A stretch of 64,000 nt of DNA. Origin: Candidatus Binatia bacterium. Its GTDB lineage: Bacteria; Desulfobacterota; Binatia; UBA9968; JAJDTQ01. Where the stretch lies: positions 3,882,752-3,946,751 of the forward strand of contig OX638375.1 in assembly GCA_951813575.1 (NCBI GenBank). The letters run 5' to 3'. The position numbers and the translations under genes were made by a program. This document shows, one piece after another, positions 28,660 through 39,318 of the stretch. Positions within the stretch are counted from its first letter, which is position 1; every line of letters begins with the position of its first letter. The notes below the pieces were generated by a model, which saw only the letters and a program-made list of their open reading frames with translations, ran no database searches and had not been told where the DNA came from.

Positions 28660-29697
28660 TCACCGCATCTCTTCGGGGATGATCTTGCCGTCGTCGACGA
28701 TCATCTCGCCATCGAGATGAAACGCGGCCCGGCGCAGGATCAGGTCCTCGTGGGCCAGCGTGGTGTTCTTGCCGCCCAGCGCGTAGTTGGCGCCGAAGGC
28801 GATCTGCACGTTGCCGTAGGTGGAGCGGGCGTCCCGGGCGCCCTCTTCGGTGCCGCGCTGCGCCACTTCCACCCAGCGCGCCCGCGGGTCGGTGCCCCAG
28901 CCGATGTGCGAGATAATGAAGGCCTGGGGGTCTCTCGACTGCTCCAGGTGTTCCCTGAGAAGGATGGCGTCCACCCCGCCCTCGACGGCGGTGATACATC
29001 CGTCCTTCACCTCGATGCGCACGGGCTGCTGCACGTAGCGGCCCAGCATCACCAGCAGATCTCCGGGGTCCAGCATCAGCGTGCCGTTGGCGCTGTCCTC
29101 CAGCGGCGCGCAGTAGAGGAAGCCCGAGGGCCAGCTGTCCCAGCGTCCGGGGGTGTCGCTGATTCCGTACTGGGTGACGCCGCGCCTGCCGTCCTTGCGC
29201 ATGGAGAGGTCCGTGCCGGTCCCGGTGGTAACGCGGATCTCCCCGGCCTCTTCCAGCTTCCTGGCGCCGTTCAGGGTCCGCTGCCGCACCCCTTCGTCCG
29301 GAAAGCAGCGCCTGAGCTGGTCCTCGGTGCCGCGCACCTGGAGCACCCGGGTGCCGCCGGAAAGCACGTCTGCGAGCGCCTTGCCGTAGAGGTAGAGGAC
29401 GCCGGCCGTGGTGAGATCCACCACCAGATCGGCGGTCTTCAGGATCTCCACCACCGGAGCCACGTTGGTATCGTTGCCCGCGGTGCCGGGCAGCAGAGGG
29501 ATCTTGATCTCGAACGCGCTGGCGGCCACTTCCTTGGCGGCGGCGAGAAAAGCAGCGGCGTAGTTGGTGTTGGTACGGGTATCGGTGAAGACGATGACGG
29601 TCTCGTCGGACGTGGCCTTGCACAGGGTCAGCTCGCGCAACACCATGCCGTAGAGGTCGCCCGCGATGGCCCCCGTAGTAGGAAATCGTACAGTCAT
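28660..29697 (-). CDS. Peptidase M29 (aminopeptidase T)-fold protein, possibly NicX-like ring-cleavage dioxygenase
   Basis: 345-aa ORF with good codon usage. Recalled similarity of the N-terminal region (…LRELTLCKATSDETVIVFTD…) to the M29/NicX family. Not verified. Confidence 0.35.
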   Translation of the reverse strand: MTVRFPTTGAIAGDLYGMVLRELTLCKATSDETVIVFTDTRTNTNYAAAFLAAAKEVAASAFEIKIPLLPGTAGNDTNVAPVVEILKTADLVVDLTTAGVLYLYGKALADVLSGGTRVLQVRGTEDQLRRCFPDEGVRQRTLNGARKLEEAGEIRVTTGTGTDLSMRKDGRRGVTQYGISDTPGRWDSWPSGFLYCAPLEDSANGTLMLDPGDLLVMLGRYVQQPVRIEVKDGCITAVEGGVDAILLREHLEQSRDPQAFIISHIGWGTDPRARWVEVAQRGTEEGARDARSTYGNVQIAFGANYALGGKNTTLAHEDLILRRAAFHLDGEMIVDDGKIIPEEMR

Positions 29698-29719
29698 GGG
29701 AATACCGCCGGACGCACCG

Positions 29720-30987
<1,268 letters not shown>

Positions 30988-30990
<3 letters not shown>

Positions 30991-31130
30991 ACTCCGGGCT
31001 TGACCCGGGGTCCAGGCGTCGAACCGGCCAGGTCGCCCCTTCGCTGGACCCCGGGTCAAGCCCGGGGTGACGGGAAGTGGATCCGGGGTGACGGGAAGTG
31101 GATACGGGGTGACGGAGAGTGTCCCCGGGG
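30988..31130. repeat. Composite palindromic repeat element, family 1 (left arm / loop / right arm / 22-bp tandem x2.5)
   Basis: CTCCGGGCTTGACCCGGGGTCCAGG ... CTGGACCCCGGGTCAAGCCCGGGGTGAC, followed by GGGAAGTGGATCCGGGGTGAC x2 plus a partial unit. Confidence 0.7.
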
Positions 31131-31197
31131 CAGCGGGACGCCGGTTTCCGAACCGCACCGGGGATTGGTATGGTACACGCCACAGGAGGTAACGCCC

Positions 31198-32004
31198 ATG
31201 CAATGGCTTGAGAACGAGGTGGCCGTCGTGACCGGGGCCGGATCGGGAATCGGCAAGGCGATTGTGGCCCGTTTCGTCGAGGAGGGCGCGAAGGTGGTGG
31301 CCTTCGACCTTTCGGATACGCGACTGGCGGCCCTCAGGGACGAGGTGGGCGACAACGTGGCCGTGGTTTCCGGCGACGTGAGGAGCCTGGAGGATAACCG
31401 CCGGGCGGTGGCCGCGGCGGTGTCGCAGTTCGGCCGGTTGACCGTCTTCGTGGGCAACGCCGGCATCCACGATGCCAGGCGGCCCTTGGCGGAGCTTTCG
31501 GACGAAGAGCTGGAGCAGGGCTACGACGAGGTCCTCGGGGTCAACGTCAAGGGCTACTTCCTGGGCGCCAAGGCCGCCATTCCCGAGCTCATGAAGACCC
31601 GTGGAAACATGGTGTTCACGCTTTCGACATCGTCCTACTACGTCAGCGGCGGCACCCTGTACGTCGCCTCCAAGCACGCCGCCCTGGGCATGGTCCGGCA
31701 GTTGGCCAACGAGCTGGCGCCGACGGTCCGGGTCAACGGCGTGGCGCCGTCGGGCACGTCCACCGGCCTGCGCGCGGCGCCGTCGCTGGCGGCCGGCGCC
31801 GGCGGAGACGACGTCTTCGGCGCCCCCCGTCCGCCCGCGGGACTCGGCAAGAACCTGCTGGAGGTCGCCGTGGTCCCCGAGGACCACGCCGCCGCCTACG
31901 TGATGCTGGCCTCGTCCCAGTCCCGCATCATGACCGGCGAGGTGATCCACACCGACGCCGGCCGCGGGGTGACGTCGGTGCTGGCGCCTCTGGGCAAGTC
32001 TTAG
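31198..32004 (+). CDS. SDR-family oxidoreductase (cis-dihydrodiol dehydrogenase-like)
   Basis: TGAGSGIGKA Rossmann motif at the N-terminus, YxxxK (YVASK). 268 aa. The longer ORF from 30973 merely runs through the repeat. Confidence 0.8.
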   Translation: MQWLENEVAVVTGAGSGIGKAIVARFVEEGAKVVAFDLSDTRLAALRDEVGDNVAVVSGDVRSLEDNRRAVAAAVSQFGRLTVFVGNAGIHDARRPLAELSDEELEQGYDEVLGVNVKGYFLGAKAAIPELMKTRGNMVFTLSTSSYYVSGGTLYVASKHAALGMVRQLANELAPTVRVNGVAPSGTSTGLRAAPSLAAGAGGDDVFGAPRPPAGLGKNLLEVAVVPEDHAAAYVMLASSQSRIMTGEVIHTDAGRGVTSVLAPLGKS

Positions 32005-32023
32005 CGTCGTATCGGACAGGACA

Positions 32024-32506
32024 CTAGAACAGTCCCGCCAGGTACGGCTCCGGCCAGGGCACGTGGAGGATGTGCTCGAACACGCCGTAGATGAACGTCC
32101 AGGCCAGCGCCGCCAGGAGGCACGACAGGAACCAGCCCCCGCCGTAGGCCTTGGCGTAGCCGAAGACGAACAGCGGCACCGCGGTCGGAAACCCGATGAC
32201 CCGGATGGCGAAGTAGAAGCCGAGGATCCAGGCCCAGACCTCGAGGTTGCCCCAGCGGCTCCCCGACCGCAGGGCGGGCGCGTCGAAGTGGATGCCCTCG
32301 GGCTCTTCCGTGCCGCGGCCGGGTCGCAGATCCCTCAACACCTGGACCGCGGCCAAAAAAACTCCGATGCCGCCGAGCAGGAACACGATGATGGATGCCC
32401 GCAGCTCGTCCCAGCCGTCGGCCACGCGCAGCGCCCAGAGCAGCACCAGCCCAATGACCACGGTGAAGAGAACACCCTCGTAGTGAAGCCGCCTGTCCCG
32501 GTTCAT
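32024..32506 (-). CDS. TctB-like small permease of tripartite tricarboxylate transporter
   Basis: 160 aa, ~4 TM. Overlaps the tctA stop by 4 nt. Confidence 0.6.
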   Translation of the reverse strand: MNRDRRLHYEGVLFTVVIGLVLLWALRVADGWDELRASIIVFLLGGIGVFLAAVQVLRDLRPGRGTEEPEGIHFDAPALRSGSRWGNLEVWAWILGFYFAIRVIGFPTAVPLFVFGYAKAYGGGWFLSCLLAALAWTFIYGVFEHILHVPWPEPYLAGLF

Positions 32507-33999
32507 GCCTCACCTGTTCCGGCGGCGCGCTGCCGCCGCTCGCGCCGCTCCTTCCAGATCGGGTAGCAGAGCGACAACGCCACCAGGGCCAGCAGGATGA
32601 CGACGGCCGGGCGCAGCAGCCACTCGAATCCGTAACGCGTGTAGGAAAGCCACAGGTAGGTCTCCATCTTGGTGCCGAGCACCACCCCCAGGAGCAGCGG
32701 CGGCCGCGGCCAGCCGTGCCGCCGCATCATGAAGCCCAGCAGCGAGAACACCAGCAGCGCGCGCAGGTCGTTGACGCTGAAGTTGGCGGCGAAGGCGCCG
32801 ATGAAGACGAACACCGCCACCAGCGGCACGATGCTGTGGAACGGCATGAAGCATGCCCGTGCCATGGGCTTGGCGAGGGCGCCGCACATGGCCACCGCGA
32901 TGACGTTGCCGATGACCAGGGTCCAGATCACCGCGAAGGTGAGGTCGAGCTGCGTGGTCAGCATGTCCGGACCGGGCTTGATGCCCACCGCCACGAAGGC
33001 CGTGAGGATCAACGCCGTGGAGGTGCTGCCCGGGATGCCGAAGGCCAGGGTGGGGATGTATCCGCCGCCTTCCTTGGCGTTGTTGGACGCCTCGGGCGCG
33101 ATCACCCCGCGTATGTCGCCCTTGCCGAAGTTCTCGGTGTTCTTCTCGGTCTGCACCGCGTGGGCATAGGCGAACCAGTCGGCAACGGAGCTGCCGAGTC
33201 CCGGCAGGAAGCCGACCCATGCGCCGATGGCGGAAGACCGGACCATCAGCCACCAGTGCCGGAACACGTCCTTGATGCCGTCGAGGAAGCCGCTGCCCAG
33301 CTCCTCGTGCTCGGCGATGCTGGTCTTGCGGCTCGCCAGGTCGATGATTTCGGGAATGCCGAACAGTCCCAGGGCGACGATGATGAGGCTGATGCCGTCC
33401 CAGAGATAGTCGTAGTCGAAGTCGAACCGCGGGATCCCCGACTTCACGTCCATGCCGATGGTGGCCACCAGCACGCCGATGATGCCGGCGATGATGCCCT
33501 TGACCGGGGCGTTGCCGCTCAGCACCGCCACCATGGTGAGGCCCCACAGGGTCAGGACGAAGAACTCCGGCGAGCCGAAGGCCAGCACCAGGGGACGCAG
33601 AATCGGCAGGGAAGCCACCAGCACCAGCGCGCCCACGAACCCGCCCAGCAGCGACGCGGCGAAGGACGCGCTCAGCGCCCGGGCGGCCTGCCCCTGCTTG
33701 GCCAGGGGATAGCCGTCCAGGATGGTTGCCTGGGAGCCCGAGCTGCCGGGTATGGAGATGAGTATGGAGGGGAAGGCGCTGGCGGTGTTCCCCACGGCGT
33801 CCAGGCCCACCAGTAGCGCGATGACCGGATAGGGATCCTGCATGGTCATCACGAACGGGAGCATGATGGCCAGCGTGGTGGGGCCGCCGATGCCCGGCAG
33901 GAACCCCACCATGCTCCCGATCAGCACTCCCAGGGCCATCATGCCCAGGGAGTGCAGGGTCAGGATGCCGAGCAGGCCGTCAAACGCGGCTTCGAGCAT
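32503..33999 (-). CDS. TctA large permease of tripartite tricarboxylate transporter
   Basis: 498 aa, highly hydrophobic. TctA-family glycine-rich motifs (GFLPGIGG, AFGIPGS). Confidence 0.85.
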   Translation of the reverse strand: MLEAAFDGLLGILTLHSLGMMALGVLIGSMVGFLPGIGGPTTLAIMLPFVMTMQDPYPVIALLVGLDAVGNTASAFPSILISIPGSSGSQATILDGYPLAKQGQAARALSASFAASLLGGFVGALVLVASLPILRPLVLAFGSPEFFVLTLWGLTMVAVLSGNAPVKGIIAGIIGVLVATIGMDVKSGIPRFDFDYDYLWDGISLIIVALGLFGIPEIIDLASRKTSIAEHEELGSGFLDGIKDVFRHWWLMVRSSAIGAWVGFLPGLGSSVADWFAYAHAVQTEKNTENFGKGDIRGVIAPEASNNAKEGGGYIPTLAFGIPGSTSTALILTAFVAVGIKPGPDMLTTQLDLTFAVIWTLVIGNVIAVAMCGALAKPMARACFMPFHSIVPLVAVFVFIGAFAANFSVNDLRALLVFSLLGFMMRRHGWPRPPLLLGVVLGTKMETYLWLSYTRYGFEWLLRPAVVILLALVALSLCYPIWKERRERRQRAAGTGEA

Positions 34000-34005
34000 C
34001 CACTG

Positions 34006-35055
34006 CTACTTTTTCTTCTTGCCCGTGGGCAGGCCGTGCTCCTTGCGGATGTTGAAGAGGAAGTCCTTGACCTCCTGGGAGGCATTGGTGACCTCCAGGA
34101 CCAGCTTCGCCGTGGCCGGACCGGCACGGGTCCTCCAGGCCTCGCCGAAGAACTTGGTGGCCTGTACCTTGAACTCCGGGTCGTCCACCATCTTGCCCCA
34201 GGCCCCATGCAGGACGTTCATGACGTTGTCGGGCGTTCCCTTGGGGGCGTGCAGAAACTTGTCCACGTCCGAGGGTCCGGCCCACACCTTGAAGGCCTGC
34301 CACGCCACGCCGGAGGGCCTCTTGTCGCCCATCAGCTCCTGGAAGGTCGGGATGTCCGGGAAGTCCCTGCGGCGCTTGTCCGTAAGCAGCACGAGCGGAT
34401 CCACGACGCCGTCCTTCTGGAGGTCCCGGATGAGCTTGGCGTTGCCGGTGCCCCACATCTCGATCTCGCCCTGGCGCAGCGCCAGCACCATCTCGCCGGT
34501 GCCCGCGTAGCCGAAAATCCAGCGGTTGTTCCAGCCCAGATACTTGGCTCCCCACACGGTCATGGCCACCCACGTGCGGATGCCGTCGGAATCGCCCACC
34601 ACCACGGGCTTGGCCTTGGCATCGGTGAGGCGCTTGCGGGCGTCCTTCCGCACCATGAGGATGCTGCCGCCCCGCATGATGGAGCCGACGTACGAGTACG
34701 TGCGGGGATTGAACTTGACCCGCTTGCCGCCGCGCACGTAGGTGCTGAGCGCCGACGACGAATCCTGCAGCAGCGTCAGCCCGTCCGGTTTGGCCCGGCG
34801 CGTGTAGTAGTTGTTGACCACGGTGCCGCCGCCGCCGGGCATGTTCTGCACGATGGTCTTGGGGTTGCCGGGTATGAATTTCGGCAGAAAACGGGAAACC
34901 AGCCGAGCGGTGGCGTCGGTGCCGCCGCCGGGGCTGGAGGAGACCAGGACCCGGATGGTCTTGCCCTCGTAGTAGTCGGCCGCGGGCGCCGGGGCGGCGC
35001 ACAGGACGATCGCCGCAAGGATCGAAGTCAGTATCGTCGCACGGTATCCATCCAT
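34006..35055 (-). CDS. TctC/Bug-family periplasmic substrate-binding protein
   Basis: 349 aa. Signal peptide. Bug motifs (SSSPGGGTDATARL, QNMPGGGG). Confidence 0.8.
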   Translation of the reverse strand: MDGYRATILTSILAAIVLCAAPAPAADYYEGKTIRVLVSSSPGGGTDATARLVSRFLPKFIPGNPKTIVQNMPGGGGTVVNNYYTRRAKPDGLTLLQDSSSALSTYVRGGKRVKFNPRTYSYVGSIMRGGSILMVRKDARKRLTDAKAKPVVVGDSDGIRTWVAMTVWGAKYLGWNNRWIFGYAGTGEMVLALRQGEIEMWGTGNAKLIRDLQKDGVVDPLVLLTDKRRRDFPDIPTFQELMGDKRPSGVAWQAFKVWAGPSDVDKFLHAPKGTPDNVMNVLHGAWGKMVDDPEFKVQATKFFGEAWRTRAGPATAKLVLEVTNASQEVKDFLFNIRKEHGLPTGKKKK

Positions 35056-35119
35056 GGTTAGGGTTCCTCCTTCGCTGGCACGCTCTGGATATTATGGTTA
35101 TCGACGCAGTGTCAACCGG

Positions 35120-36172
35120 CTACATGCCCATGCCGGATTCGTCCAGGCTCTCCTGGCGGTGCAAGCCGAAGGCTTCCAGCACCGGGGCGTCGTGCATGGA
35201 GAAAAGGATCGCTTCGTCTTCAGCCGAGCGGTTGGCGTGCTCGTGCCAGCTCCACAACGGCACGATGAAGGTGTCTCCCTTGCTCCATTCCAGTGTCTCG
35301 CCATTGATCACCGTGGCGCCGCTGCCACGGAACGCGTGGTAGATGCTCGTGCTGTTGTGGCGGTGCGCCCGGGTGCGCTCGCCGGGGCGCAGCATCTGCG
35401 CCCGGCACGCCAGCGTCGGCAGGGTGCTGCCGCCGGTGAGCGGGTTCACGTAATCCAGGGCGACGCCGTCATAGGGGTCGGCCGGGGTATCGGCCAGCGC
35501 CTGGAGCGAACGGTAGGTGTCCTTCCACCGGTAGTGGAGCGGCGTCGGCGCCGCCCCGTCGCCGGAACGCACCGGACGGGTCATGCCGAAGAGGGACGCT
35601 TCCTGCCCGCTCGCGTGGGTGGCCTGTTTCTCTTCGGAGTAGGGCTCGTAGGAGATCACCTGCAGCGACTGGATCAGCGGCACGTCGAGGCCGTCGAGCC
35701 ACACCATGGGCTCGCGGCCCTCGTGGCCGTGGTCGTGCCAGGTCCACTGGGGCGTCAGGATGAGGTCCCCCTCCGCCATCATCAACTTCTCGCCGTTCAC
35801 CACCGTGTAGGCGCCCTGGCCCTGCACGATGAAGCGGATGGCGGCCATGGTGTGACGGTGGGCGGGAGCCACCTCGCCGGGCTGGATCATCTGGCAGGCC
35901 AGCAGCATGGTGTGGCTGGTCATCTCGATGTGCCGCATCCCGGGGTTGACCAGGCGAATGGTGCGCCGCTCGGTGCGGCCCTTCTCGATGCCGATCCGGT
36001 CGCGGGCCTGTCGGAGACTGTCGTAGACGTCGTCCCACTTCCACAGGTGCGGCACCACCTTCGTCTGGGGGTCGGGCGTGCGCTCGTGGCGGTCCAGCTT
36101 CCACAGGCCGGAAAGCCAGCGGTCGGCCAGGAAGTTGTCCAGCTCCGTCAAATCCTGCGTTTCGGTCTTCAT
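35120..36172 (-). CDS. Gentisate 1,2-dioxygenase-like bicupin dioxygenase (paralog)
   Basis: 350 aa. HRHTMAAIRFIVQGQG and HRHNSTSIYHAFRGSG cupin motifs. ~45% identical by eye to 839-1858. Confidence 0.8.
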   Translation of the reverse strand: MKTETQDLTELDNFLADRWLSGLWKLDRHERTPDPQTKVVPHLWKWDDVYDSLRQARDRIGIEKGRTERRTIRLVNPGMRHIEMTSHTMLLACQMIQPGEVAPAHRHTMAAIRFIVQGQGAYTVVNGEKLMMAEGDLILTPQWTWHDHGHEGREPMVWLDGLDVPLIQSLQVISYEPYSEEKQATHASGQEASLFGMTRPVRSGDGAAPTPLHYRWKDTYRSLQALADTPADPYDGVALDYVNPLTGGSTLPTLACRAQMLRPGERTRAHRHNSTSIYHAFRGSGATVINGETLEWSKGDTFIVPLWSWHEHANRSAEDEAILFSMHDAPVLEAFGLHRQESLDESGMGM

Positions 36173-36199
36173 CGCGGTGCCCTCGACAGGAACGCGCGT

Positions 36200-36883
36200 T
36201 CAGCGCAGCTCGTAGCCCATCTCGTAGTGGATGTAGATGCCGTCGAAGAAGAACCAGCGCATCTTGGCGCTCTCCCGCGCGTAGTCGACGGCCATCTGCT
36301 GGAGCTCGGGGGTGGTGCAGTACCGTTCCAGGATCTCGAAACCCCGCCCGCCGTGCTCCGTGTCCACCTCGGCGTGGAGCCAGAAGTGCTCGATGTCCGC
36401 TTCGTCGAAGCGGTAGAGGTCGCGCAGGGCGGGTAGCACCTTGCTGTACAGCATCGGCGACTGGGACTCGGTGCCGATGTTGGTGGCGGCTACGCTGCAG
36501 ATGAAGGACTCGTCCTTGCACACGCGGTTGAACCACGTCGCCCAGGCTTCGGTGGTGGGCAGGCCGCGGCCACGCCGGGCGGCCTCGGCGTCGGCGCCGT
36601 TGGCGGTGGCGAAGCGCAGGATGATGTCCAGGTGCGGCCGTTCCGGGTCGCTCTCCTCCAGGTAGTTGCCGAGCAGGAGCCCTTGCACCTCCAGGGGCGT
36701 GTTGGCCGCCTTGTAGAGCTCTCCGCGGTAGATGTTGCTGATCCAGTGGTACTGCTCGATGGCCCAGCCCGCCATGGCGTTGCGGCTGAGCTTGCCCGCC
36801 GCCCACTTCTCGGTGAGTGGATGGTTGGCGCAGTGCCGTTCCAGCACGGCTGCTTCGAGCCGTTCCCGTAGCGAGCTCGCCAT
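36200..36883 (-). CDS. Heme-oxygenase-like iron-containing redox enzyme family protein (TenA/PqqC/CADD superfamily)
   Basis: 227 aa. …EQYHWISN…HAEVDTEHGG… motifs. Confidence 0.6.
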   Translation of the reverse strand: MASSLRERLEAAVLERHCANHPLTEKWAAGKLSRNAMAGWAIEQYHWISNIYRGELYKAANTPLEVQGLLLGNYLEESDPERPHLDIILRFATANGADAEAARRGRGLPTTEAWATWFNRVCKDESFICSVAATNIGTESQSPMLYSKVLPALRDLYRFDEADIEHFWLHAEVDTEHGGRGFEILERYCTTPELQQMAVDYARESAKMRWFFFDGIYIHYEMGYELR

Positions 36884-37004
36884 GTGCGACTCCCTTCCGA
36901 CTTGCGTGTCCGCGCCCCATGCGCCGGCCGCGGCAGGCCGGGCGATATCAGCACGCCCCGGCCGTGGCTGTCAAGCGCGGCACCGTGGATGCGGCCGGCG
37001 AGGA

Positions 37005-37385
37005 TCATTCCTTCCGGGGCAGTCGATCCCGCTTCACCACCACCCGTTGGTGGCGACCTTCGCCGATCTTCTCCCGTTCGTTGTACGCCTCCACCGTGAA
37101 GGTGAGCCGGCGCCCTTCGACCTCCACGAGCCGGGCCGAGGTGCGGACGGTCTCGCCGATCCGGGTCCCGGCGATGTGAGAGATTTCAACGCGGACCCCC
37201 AGGGAAACCTCGTCGTCGTCGAGGTACGGGGCGACGGTCTCCACGCAGGCGCGCTCCATGTGCCCCACCATGGCCGGGGTCGAATACACCACGAAGCCCT
37301 CGTCGGCAATGTGCGCCGCCGCCATTTCCTGGGTCGTTTCGATGATCCACTGGCCTTCGAGCCCTTCCTTGAGTTCGTCTTTCAT
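37005..37385 (-). CDS. Hotdog-fold thioesterase-like protein
   Basis: 126 aa. Pattern resembling small FlK/4HBT-type acyl-CoA thioesterases (…STPAMVGHMERA…). Not verified. Confidence 0.45.
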   Translation of the reverse strand: MKDELKEGLEGQWIIETTQEMAAAHIADEGFVVYSTPAMVGHMERACVETVAPYLDDDEVSLGVRVEISHIAGTRIGETVRTSARLVEVEGRRLTFTVEAYNEREKIGEGRHQRVVVKRDRLPRKE

Positions 37386-37488
37386 CCTGCCTCCCGGACT
37401 ATGGGGATCCTCGTGCTGTCTGATTGCCTGTTCCCCGTTCCCTACTATTGGCGATATCGTCTATACTGTGAACCGGTCACGATCCATC

Positions 37489-37680
37489 ATGGAAAAGGTC
37501 GTTCGAAAATTCGCATCCTTCGCCGAGGAAGAAGAAGCGGAGTACTCTTACTACCGCCGGCTCTCTGGTGCCGAAAAATTGCAAATCCTGCTTGACCTGA
37601 TCATGCCCGAGAATCCCGATGCGGGAACTATCGACCGATCTGCGCGAGTTCATCCACTTGCTGAACACGAGCCGTGTTAA
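37489..37680 (+). CDS. Small hypothetical protein (possible partner of downstream nucleotidyltransferase)
   Basis: 63-aa ORF in a lower-GC segment. Overlaps the next ORF in another frame. Weak. Confidence 0.2.
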   Translation: MEKVVRKFASFAEEEEAEYSYYRRLSGAEKLQILLDLIMPENPDAGTIDRSARVHPLAEHEPC

Positions 37681-38074
37681 GTACATGCTCGTAGGTGCAT
37701 GGGCACTGGCTCTTCATGCCCGGCCTCGCTATACGGCCGATGTGGACGTGTTTGTGGAGCGAAGCCCGGAGAACGCCGGGAGGCTGATGGAGGTTATCGA
37801 AAAGTTCGGGTTTGGCGGCATCGGGATTGAAGCGGCGGATTTCCTGCAGGTCGACTGCGTGATCCAGCTCGGCAGGGCGCCGAACCGAGTCGATCTTCTC
37901 ACGGGCATCAGTGGAGTCGGCTTCGATGAAGCCTGGGAAGATCGGGTCACGGCGACCCTGTCCGGTGTCGAGGTGGCCGTCATCGGCCGAGAGCATCTGA
38001 TCCGAAACAAGCGGGCTGTGAACCGCGCGAAGGATCGCGCCGATATCGAGTGGTTGGAGCGCACCGGTCGGTAG
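37619..38074 (+). CDS. Minimal nucleotidyltransferase-fold protein
   Basis: 151 aa. VGAWALALH…TADVDVFV resembles the hG[GS]…DxD signature of small nucleotidyltransferases. Located in a locally lower-GC insert. Confidence 0.4.
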   Translation: MRELSTDLREFIHLLNTSRVKYMLVGAWALALHARPRYTADVDVFVERSPENAGRLMEVIEKFGFGGIGIEAADFLQVDCVIQLGRAPNRVDLLTGISGVGFDEAWEDRVTATLSGVEVAVIGREHLIRNKRAVNRAKDRADIEWLERTGR

Positions 38075-38110
38075 CCTTGGCGGGCTCGTGAAAGGAAGGT
38101 GTCCTGAATC

Positions 38111-39289
38111 ATGAACGCGGCATTGCAGGGGACCATGGCGCTGGATCTGAGCGGCCACGTGGCCGGGCCGTTTTGCGGGAGCCTTTTGGGAGACCTCGGG
38201 TGCGACGTGATCAAGGTGGAGCTGCCGGACGGAGGCGACACCCACCGTGGCCGGAATCCCTTGTACGAGGGCTACGGGCCGAGCTTCCGGGCGCTCAACC
38301 GCAACAAGCGGAGCCTGACCCTGGACCTGCGAAACCCTCAGGGGAAGGAGATCCTGCTCAAGCTGCTGGAGAAGGCGGATGTCCTGCTGGAGAACTTCCG
38401 TCCCGAGACGCGCGTGAAGCTGGGGCTCGACTACGAGCGCCTGTCCGAGCTCAACCCGAGACTGGTCCATTGCTCCATCACCGGCTACGGGCAGGAGGGC
38501 CCCTACCGCGACAAGCCGGGGTTCGACACCATCGGCCAGGCCCTGAGCGGCATGCTGAGCCTGATGACCGACTTCGACAAGCCCAAGGTGGTGGGGGTGT
38601 CGGTCACCGACCATTCCACCGGAGTGTTCGCCGCCTACGGCATCCTGGCGGCGCTGATGGCGCGCCACCATACCGGCCGCGGCCAGTTCGTGGACGCGTC
38701 GCTCCTGCGCATCAGCCTGGCCTTCATCGAGTCCCACATGGCCGACTACCTGAACGGCGGCGAGGCCATCACCCGGGAGAACTTTCCGCGGGGGCGTATC
38801 TATTGTTTCGTCCCCAGCGACAAGAAAGCCCTGGTGATCCACCTCTCCGGACACCAGAAGGCGTGGGAAGGGCTGGTGACCGCGGTGGAACGCCGGGACC
38901 TGCTGGACGAGCCTCGTTTCGCCACGCGAAAGGACCGTTGGGAAAATCACTACGATATCGTTCCCATCCTGCAGGCGGAGTTCGAGAAGAAGCCGCGAGA
39001 TCACTGGCTCAAGGCGCTGGACGCGGTCAGTGTTCCCAACGCGCCGATTTACAAGATCGACGAGGTGCTCGACGATCCGCAGGTGGCGGCGCTGGGGCTA
39101 CCGCAGGAGATCCGGCATTCCAGAATGGGGTCGAGCAACCTCATCGGAAATGCGATCCAGCTTTCAGACACGCCCATGCAGTTTCACCGCGCCGCGCCGC
39201 TGCTGGGCGAGAACACCGAGGAGATTCTCCGCGGGCTGGGTTATGACGAGGAGGCGTTGGCGGAGTTGCGGGACAACGGCGTGACGTGA
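38111..39289 (+). CDS. Family III CoA-transferase (CaiB/BaiF family)
   Basis: 392 aa. Characteristic N-terminus LDLSGHVAGPFCGSLLGDLGCDVIKVE and the conserved Asp region. Confidence 0.8.
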   Translation: MNAALQGTMALDLSGHVAGPFCGSLLGDLGCDVIKVELPDGGDTHRGRNPLYEGYGPSFRALNRNKRSLTLDLRNPQGKEILLKLLEKADVLLENFRPETRVKLGLDYERLSELNPRLVHCSITGYGQEGPYRDKPGFDTIGQALSGMLSLMTDFDKPKVVGVSVTDHSTGVFAAYGILAALMARHHTGRGQFVDASLLRISLAFIESHMADYLNGGEAITRENFPRGRIYCFVPSDKKALVIHLSGHQKAWEGLVTAVERRDLLDEPRFATRKDRWENHYDIVPILQAEFEKKPRDHWLKALDAVSVPNAPIYKIDEVLDDPQVAALGLPQEIRHSRMGSSNLIGNAIQLSDTPMQFHRAAPLLGENTEEILRGLGYDEEALAELRDNGVT

Positions 39290-39318
39290 GGGCGGTGCCA
39301 GTGATCGGGAGGCGTTCC

